Below, one piece after another: positions 58,029 through 64,000 of a stretch of DNA of 64,000 nucleotides; position 1 is the first letter of the stretch, and each line of letters starts with the position of its first letter. This DNA comes from Candidatus Omnitrophota bacterium (GTDB taxonomy: Bacteria > Omnitrophota > Gorgyraeia > Duberdicusellales > 4484-171). The notes under the pieces are model-generated. The model was not told the origin of the DNA, did not search any database, and saw nothing but the letters and a program-made list of their open reading frames with translations. The stretch is taken from positions 18,054-82,053 of the forward strand of contig PMCS01000031.1 in NCBI GenBank assembly GCA_003154195.1, in the 5' to 3' direction. The position numbers were made by a program, and so were the translations under genes.

Positions 58029-59717
58029 TTATTCTACGCCGATTGACTGGGTAACGCGCATTACTTCCTCAGGGGTCGTGATGCCTTCCCGCAATTTATC
58101 CATGGCCGCGTCTCGTAAAGTCCTCATCCCTTGTTTTTTAGCCAAATCGCGTATTTCATCGGCGGAAACCTTTTTTAAGACTAATTCCTGGATTTCCGGC
58201 GTTGCCCGCAATAACTCATAGATACCGGTCCTGCCTTTATAGCCGGAGTTGCCGCATAGCTTACAGCCCTTCCCCTTTACGAATTTAATACCCGTATCTG
58301 CCTTTCCTTCCATACCCAGGGTCGCCAGAAGAGCCGCGGAAGGAACGTACTCTTCTTTGCATCGGGCGCAAACCCTTCTTACCAGCCTCTGGGCAAGAAC
58401 CCCCAATAAAGAGCTGGATACTAAGAATGGTTCCACGCCCATATCCACAAGGCGCGTAAATGACGTAGGAGAATCATTGGTGTGCAAAGTAGAAAAAACC
58501 AAATGCCCGGTCAACGCCGCCTGCACGGCAATCTCCGCAGTCTCTAAATCGCGTATTTCGCCGACCATCACCACATCCGGGTCCTGGCGTAAGAAAGAAC
58601 GCAGCGCCGCGGCAAAGGTAAGGCCGGCCTTGGGATTAACCTGGACCTGGCGCATCCGGGGAAATTGATATTCCACCGGATCCTCGACGGTCATGATATT
58701 GATATCTTCTTTGTTGATTTTTTTTAAAGCGGAATAGAGAGTGGTAGTCTTACCGCTGCCGGTAGGGCCGGTAACTAAAAAAATACCGTAAGGCTGGCTG
58801 ATTAAAAATTCCAAGAGTTCCAGTTCTTTCTTAGGAAAACCCAGGCTCTCCAGCCCCACCATGGTGGTGCTCTTATCCAGAATCCTTAAAACCACGTTTT
58901 CCCCATGTACCGTAGGGCAAGTGGAAGTACGAAAATCTATATCCTTGGTGCCGACTTTCATCAAAATCCTTCCATCCTGAGGGAGGCGCTTTTCGGCAAT
59001 ATCCAGGCTGGCCATGATTTTAAAACGGGAGATAACCGCCGGCTGCAAATCTTTCGGCAAAAAAGTATGGCGCTGCATTATACCGTCAACGCGGTAGCGC
59101 ACGCCCACAAACTTTTCTTCCGGTTCAATATGGATATCGCTGGCGTTAGCCTGCACCGCTTCCATAATGATCAGATTTACTATTTTTACGATGGGCGCTT
59201 CTTCGCCGAGTTTCTCCGCTTCTTTTAATTTATCTTTGTCGATGGTCGCAACGATCTCCTGGATACTCGCCGCGCCGCCGAAATACTGGTCTTGGGATTT
59301 TTTAATCGCCATCTCATCCGCTAAAACCGGCTCAATGGTACAGCCGGTGATACGGCTAAGCTCATCGATAATGAATACATTGGTGGGATCGGCCATCGCC
59401 ACGGTTACCGTGTAACCCATTTTAAAAACCGGGATAACTTTATATTTTAGCGCGATATCTTCGGGAATAAGCTTGATTACGAGGGGATCGATAATATAGA
59501 CGGATAAATCAAAACTGCTGACGCCGGATTGGATTGCCAGGGCTCGGGCCAGATCTTTCTGGGAAATCCAGCCCTTTTTTACGATAATTTCGCCGATTTT
59601 TTCCCCGGTTACCTTCTGCTCATCAAGAACTTCTGCCAACTGGCTCTCCGTGATAAACCCCTGCTCGACAAGAAGCTCACCTAATTTTCTTCTATCTCTT
59701 TCAGGCATATCGCGCAC
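58029..59717 (-). CDS. pilB: Type IV pilus assembly ATPase PilB/GspE family
   Basis: Two N-terminal GspE_N-like domains, GPTGSGKTTTLYSAL, the Asp/His boxes and a C-terminal tetracysteine (CARCK...CKLCGNSGY). Confidence 0.9.
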   Translation of the reverse strand: MRDMPERDRRKLGELLVEQGFITESQLAEVLDEQKVTGEKIGEIIVKKGWISQKDLARALAIQSGVSSFDLSVYIIDPLVIKLIPEDIALKYKVIPVFKMGYTVTVAMADPTNVFIIDELSRITGCTIEPVLADEMAIKKSQDQYFGGAASIQEIVATIDKDKLKEAEKLGEEAPIVKIVNLIIMEAVQANASDIHIEPEEKFVGVRYRVDGIMQRHTFLPKDLQPAVISRFKIMASLDIAEKRLPQDGRILMKVGTKDIDFRTSTCPTVHGENVVLRILDKSTTMVGLESLGFPKKELELLEFLISQPYGIFLVTGPTGSGKTTTLYSALKKINKEDINIMTVEDPVEYQFPRMRQVQVNPKAGLTFAAALRSFLRQDPDVVMVGEIRDLETAEIAVQAALTGHLVFSTLHTNDSPTSFTRLVDMGVEPFLVSSSLLGVLAQRLVRRVCARCKEEYVPSAALLATLGMEGKADTGIKFVKGKGCKLCGNSGYKGRTGIYELLRATPEIQELVLKKVSADEIRDLAKKQGMRTLRDAAMDKLREGITTPEEVMRVTQSIGVE

Positions 59718-59815
59718 CTAAAACCCTGGAAACCGAAAAACGGAAAAACGTAAAAACCGAAAAACAACGGTTAGTTTTTAAGTTTTTCGTTTTCAGGTTT
59801 TTTGGTTATTCAAAT
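59718..59815. repeat. Intergenic repeat family E, copy 2
   Basis: ggaaaaacgtaaaaaccgaaaaac...gtttttcgttttcaggttttttggttattcaaat. Confidence 0.45.
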
Positions 59816-61069
59816 TTAGTTGTTTATCCTGATCTGTCTCTCCAGATTTTCCCTGTTCGCCGTTAGATCTTCCACTTTCGACTCGAGAGAATTAACCGAG
59901 GATAATACTTTTTTCCATCTATCTTTATCGATTTTTAACACTTCAAGGTCCCTGGGGGGTTTACTTTTCACCGCTCTTTCTTTTTCATCCCCGGCAGCCG
60001 GAACATTTTTGGCGGGAGAATAAACCTCCGACCGGTCGGCCATTCGCTGCATCACCGAAGGGGTGATGATCGTCGGCGAAACAAAAATGAGAAGTTCCGT
60101 TTTTTCTTTTGTTTTTTTATTGTTCTTAAACATCCAGCCTAACCCGGGGATATCGCCTAAAACCGGGACTTTAGTCGACCCGTCGGTAGTGGTTTCTTTC
60201 ATCAGGCCGCCGATAATAAAAGTCTGGCCGTTGCCGACAATAACTTTCGTATTTGCCGTCCGGCTGTCAATTATAGGGACAGTATAAGGAATCGCTTTTC
60301 CATTCGGATCGGTAACCGTAAGAGTAAAATCAGCGGTCTTTTCGCTCACATCCGGTTTAATATCCATAGCAATCCGGCCGTCGTCGGTGATGGTCGGCGT
60401 GACATTAAGCACGATGCCGACTTGCTCAAAATGAATGGTCCATGTCACCGTAACTGCCCCATATTCGGAAACCGCTACGCTGGGTTCGGCCCAGGGAAGT
60501 TTTTGTATAACTTTGATTTCCGCCACGCGGTTGTTCACCGTGCTGATGCTGGGCGCGGAAAGAATGTTGGTTTTAAAATTAGTGGCCAAAGCTTTAAGCA
60601 CCACATTTATATTTTCATCGAATATATTTATCGTAAATGGTTCTTGCGCCAATGATCCTCCCGGAGGATAACTTACCGCCTGGAAGGGGATATCCTGGCT
60701 TAACCCCTGGTTTAACGCCGAACCGACGTTAAACTGGCCAATGCGCCAGCCGTTATGGTCGGCAAATGCCGACCAGTTGATACCTAAAGAATTCTCTTCC
60801 GTAAGCTTGACCTCTACGACCCTGGCTTCGATAAGAACCTGCCGGGGCATCGTATCAACCATGGCTAAGTAATTCTCGACCTTTTTAAGATTATCGGCGT
60901 GGTCCATCACCATAACCGAGTTGGGCTCGACGCCGAACAGGATCTTGCCGTCGCTGGAAAGAAGAGACCTTATATCCGAAACCGACTGGGCAAAAATTAA
61001 AGAAACGCCGCCGATGATGATGTAAAAAGATAAGATAAATCTCGTTAACAGGGGAAATAGTTTTTTCAT
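59816..61069 (-). CDS. Minimal secretin (PilQ/GspD family): one N-domain + secretin core
   Basis: Own signal peptide, one secretin_N-like domain (ILFGVEPNSVMVMDHADNLKKVENYL) and the secretin core (IIGGLMKE...VPVLGDIPGLGWMFKN...LLIFVSPTII). Confidence 0.8.
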   Translation of the reverse strand: MKKLFPLLTRFILSFYIIIGGVSLIFAQSVSDIRSLLSSDGKILFGVEPNSVMVMDHADNLKKVENYLAMVDTMPRQVLIEARVVEVKLTEENSLGINWSAFADHNGWRIGQFNVGSALNQGLSQDIPFQAVSYPPGGSLAQEPFTINIFDENINVVLKALATNFKTNILSAPSISTVNNRVAEIKVIQKLPWAEPSVAVSEYGAVTVTWTIHFEQVGIVLNVTPTITDDGRIAMDIKPDVSEKTADFTLTVTDPNGKAIPYTVPIIDSRTANTKVIVGNGQTFIIGGLMKETTTDGSTKVPVLGDIPGLGWMFKNNKKTKEKTELLIFVSPTIITPSVMQRMADRSEVYSPAKNVPAAGDEKERAVKSKPPRDLEVLKIDKDRWKKVLSSVNSLESKVEDLTANRENLERQIRINN

Positions 61070-61124
61070 ATTTTGCTCCTTATTTTTTTACTGCGTAAAA
61101 AAATAATATCATCCGCTGCGTCCC

Positions 61125-61185
61125 GATGCGCCTAAATATCGCGAAAATCTCTTTCAGACATTTTCGCGAAGCTTTCGGGACTCCG
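61125..61185 (-). promoter_or_regulatory. Related hairpin motif between the two secretin ORFs (copy f)
   Basis: GTCCCGAtgcgcctaaatATCGCGAAAATctctttcagacATTTTCGCGAAgctTTCGGGAC. It has the same inner-stem consensus and an outer 7-bp stem, and is followed by gggactccgcttacgctccgc, which is also present near copy c. Confidence 0.5.
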
Positions 61186-61314
61186 CTTACGCTCCGCGGA
61201 TGGAAAAATTACAGAATAAAAACAAAATGCAAACGTACTATCTTTTTCGTCCCGTGCCCTTCGGTTCTTCTCTAAAATACTCTGATGCTTTGGCACTCTG
61301 ACACTTTACTATAC

Positions 61315-62202
61315 TTATTTAGCCACGCCCACAACATCTTTAGCGTTTAAAAATTTCAATTTAAAAACTTTGGCGTCGATGCTTTTATCGGCCATCGTTA
61401 AATAACTTTCTATTTTTTCTAAATTAACCGGATAATCAATAATCATAATCGAATTAGGCTGGTCGCCCAAAAAAGACTTGCCTTCTTTAGATAAAAGGCC
61501 GGCCAAGGCTGTTGCCTGGGGCGTGCCGCCGGTTACAAACGTCTTCGCCTCGACATACTGCAAAGGGAATACCTTGGTCACCAAGTTCGGTTTTACCAGC
61601 AACACGCTTCCTTTTTTTTCGATAATCAGGCCCTGCATATCCGCGATACGTTCTAAAGCTTCCTCCAGGGAAATATTGGTAAAACTGGCGCTTAATTTAC
61701 CGGAAACATTCTTATCCACTAATATATTAAAATCATAATCGTGAGCCAGCACCCGAAAAAGATCATTTAAATCTACCCCGCGTAATTCAATAGAATAAAG
61801 GGGCTGAGCCGACTCCAATCTTTTAATCTCTAAAAGCGGCAAGCTCTCCATGATCTCCTTCTTGGCTGCCTGAAGCTCGCTTACTTCCTTAGGCCCCTTC
61901 TTAACGTTCTCTTCTCCCGTGGTTGCTTCCGCCGCGGCGCCGGCAGGAGCCTCGGCTTTATTTTCATTCGCCTTTTCTTTATCCGCGGGAACGGAATCCT
62001 TTTGCGCCGCATTGTCGGCAGGGGGTGGCGTTGGCGGCGCCTGCTTTGCTTCTTTTGCCGGTTCGCTGGACGCCGGCGCGGCAGGCGCCGCGTCTTTTTT
62101 GTCCTTCCAATCCCCCCACGGTTTAAACTCTTGCTCGCATAACCCTGTTACGGCGAAACCGAACAGGAACCCCGCGGTTAATAATAAATTTATTGGTTTC
62201 AT
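61315..62202 (-). CDS. Secreted N0/N1 secretin-N-domain protein (separate ORF upstream of the secretin)
   Basis: Signal peptide, an Ala/Pro/Lys-rich linker, an N0-like domain and an N1 domain (SFLGDQPNSIMIIDYPVNLEKIESYL). The N1 domain is homologous to the N-domain of the downstream secretin. Confidence 0.6.
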   Translation of the reverse strand: MKPINLLLTAGFLFGFAVTGLCEQEFKPWGDWKDKKDAAPAAPASSEPAKEAKQAPPTPPPADNAAQKDSVPADKEKANENKAEAPAGAAAEATTGEENVKKGPKEVSELQAAKKEIMESLPLLEIKRLESAQPLYSIELRGVDLNDLFRVLAHDYDFNILVDKNVSGKLSASFTNISLEEALERIADMQGLIIEKKGSVLLVKPNLVTKVFPLQYVEAKTFVTGGTPQATALAGLLSKEGKSFLGDQPNSIMIIDYPVNLEKIESYLTMADKSIDAKVFKLKFLNAKDVVGVAK

Positions 62203-63974
62203 AATTTCCTATTCTTTTCTATTTCCGAAAATAATTCTTTATTTACGGAATTAAATTCATCCGCCCCTAATCCATCGGAACCAATAATCATGATATAATC
62301 ATCGGATAATTTAAAATTGGTCATTTTTTTATCTTTTAAATACGCCCACCCTCCCGCCTCGAATTTAAATCCCTTTTTTTCCAACCACTGGACATAAAAT
62401 CGGGAAAACTCCAGAACATCCTGGGGGCTATCCCATTGCGCCAAAAAAATAAATATTTCTTCTCCTCTCTCATTGGTATAGATTTTTAACTTATCGCTGT
62501 GCCATCCCCGCATTGCATTCCCACAAGATTCTTTGTCGAGAGCAGCCCCTAAAAAACTTGAAATAAAGTACTCCCCCAAGGTAGTCGAATAAAGCTCTTG
62601 CCAACCGCTGAGAACGGGTATTTCCCGCACGTTTTTTTTCTTATTACCTTTTTCGACGGCCTTAGTGGCAATATCCCGGCGCACTAGATACTCATTGGGA
62701 TGTAAAATCTCTCTGGTTGAATTGGGCATATTTTCATAGAGCCGGTCGATATCTTTCCAGGAATTTTTATCCAAATAGGCCTGGATAAATCTAGCTCCCA
62801 CGCCGTACAGGTTATAAAAAATCTTATCCCGCAAATAAGAATTATTAATCTTTGCCTCCATTAGAGAAACCATGTTTTTCCCATCTTTAATACTTTCATT
62901 ATCTTTATTCAACAGATATTCCAAACTTACGGCAAAAGCTTCGCCTTCCAATAAAGCCTGCAGCGTGAAATTATAATCAAAGCCTTTGGCCTCATCCGAC
63001 AGCTTCGCCAACCCCAGTATTTTATCCTGGAAGGCATGAGTGATCTCATGAACACATACGATTTCGGCCAAAGAAGGCTGCAGCCAATCTCCGATAAAGA
63101 TGGTTTTGTTTTTAGAATCATACATCCCGGCCATGGAAGAAATTTCGGAATTAACAATAAGCTCTTTATAATCCAGCTCCGGGGGGATTAAATCAAACCA
63201 TTTTAAAATTTTCTCTTCATTTTTAAGCCGGGCTTCGTTGGTTAATTCCGACCGCAATACCTCTTTAAGCTTTTTTCTTTTAACAAAATCTATTTTTACA
63301 TCGCTTAAGTCATAACCGGTCCAGCCCCTGATCCTTGATGTTTCTTCAATCAACTCTTTTATTTTACCGCGCAACTCTTCTCTCTCGTCTTTAGCCTCCT
63401 GGGCGATAAAATCCGGCTCATTAAATTCTAAAAAGGCATTATAATCTTTATAATTAATAACCTCTAAAAAATCCATATTCCCCAGTTTTCCTTCCACGCG
63501 CGCCGCCTCCGGCAAAAAACTCCGGCTATCCACCCATACCTTATCCGTTAAATCGCCGGCCATGCCCCAACGCTTCAAACTTTCGGGGTTGATTTTGAAT
63601 TTAATGACAAAACAATCCTTGCCGGATTTTTTTTGTACCCCTAAAAGTTCCAAAGTGGAGATATCAGCGGTCTGATCATTTAGAGAAAATAAACTCTGGA
63701 TCATTGAATACTGCAAAACCTTCCGCGCTCTCTTTTCCTCAATTTTTAATGCCTCATTTTTCCATTCGCGCTCGCTCGACGACCAGCTAAAAGGAACGCC
63801 GCCGATTTGATAGGACTGGAGCCAGGAAGACGAAGAAAAATTAGTATTGGGCACCAGGGAAGAAAAGCTCATCCTGCCTTCTACTTTGTAATCGTCTACG
63901 TCTTTTATAAAGTTAGTAAGTTTTAATTTCATATGCCAAAGCGGCTCCTGTATCCAATGCTCCACGGTTACCAC
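62199..63974 (-). CDS. Hypothetical 591-aa protein with HExxH motif (possible zinc metallopeptidase-like)
   Basis: VCVHEITHAFQD motif, no recognisable signal peptide, and a 4-nt overlap with the downstream N0/N1 gene. Function unknown. Confidence 0.3.
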   Translation of the reverse strand: MVTVEHWIQEPLWHMKLKLTNFIKDVDDYKVEGRMSFSSLVPNTNFSSSSWLQSYQIGGVPFSWSSSEREWKNEALKIEEKRARKVLQYSMIQSLFSLNDQTADISTLELLGVQKKSGKDCFVIKFKINPESLKRWGMAGDLTDKVWVDSRSFLPEAARVEGKLGNMDFLEVINYKDYNAFLEFNEPDFIAQEAKDEREELRGKIKELIEETSRIRGWTGYDLSDVKIDFVKRKKLKEVLRSELTNEARLKNEEKILKWFDLIPPELDYKELIVNSEISSMAGMYDSKNKTIFIGDWLQPSLAEIVCVHEITHAFQDKILGLAKLSDEAKGFDYNFTLQALLEGEAFAVSLEYLLNKDNESIKDGKNMVSLMEAKINNSYLRDKIFYNLYGVGARFIQAYLDKNSWKDIDRLYENMPNSTREILHPNEYLVRRDIATKAVEKGNKKKNVREIPVLSGWQELYSTTLGEYFISSFLGAALDKESCGNAMRGWHSDKLKIYTNERGEEIFIFLAQWDSPQDVLEFSRFYVQWLEKKGFKFEAGGWAYLKDKKMTNFKLSDDYIMIIGSDGLGADEFNSVNKELFSEIEKNRKL

Positions 63975-64000
63975 AACGGAATCCGCGTCAAAAAATGCCA

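Overview
The window is a 64-kb bacterial chromosomal segment, apparently from an anaerobe: it encodes rubredoxin, a superoxide reductase, a ferredoxin-fused EtfAB pair, NifSU and GTP-PEPCK. Almost all genes are on the minus strand. Three regions stand out. (1) Positions 1-13000 hold a Tad/Flp-type pilus locus (CpaB, a secretin with a C-terminal TonB-like domain, a fused ParA/TadZ-like-CpaF ATPase). It is followed by a tandem array of at least 12 Flp-family pilin paralogs. Several paralogs share conserved ends around a variable middle, and each long paralog is preceded by a conserved two-tier hairpin motif that shows compensatory base changes. The array is punctuated by a family of ~120-nt palindromic repeats rich in TTAGGG-like sequence. 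(2) Positions 19000-23700 hold a type IVa minor-pilin operon (FimT/GspH-like, PilV-like, PilW-like and a 912-aa PilX-like protein). Positions 57200-62200 hold a PilA-PilB-secretin set in which the secretin is split into an N0-N1 protein and a minimal secretin. (3) The remainder is housekeeping and redox metabolism (glnS, thiM-thiE, mnmA-nifS-nifU, msrAB, metXW, etfAB, purC, pckG) and a putative metal-homeostasis cluster (CsoR, YHS-domain protein, ZIP, ABC/FtsX, TonB-dependent receptor). These genes are interspersed with at least eight families of MITE-like or short intergenic repeats and candidate operator motifs. No rRNA, tRNA or CRISPR array was recognised.
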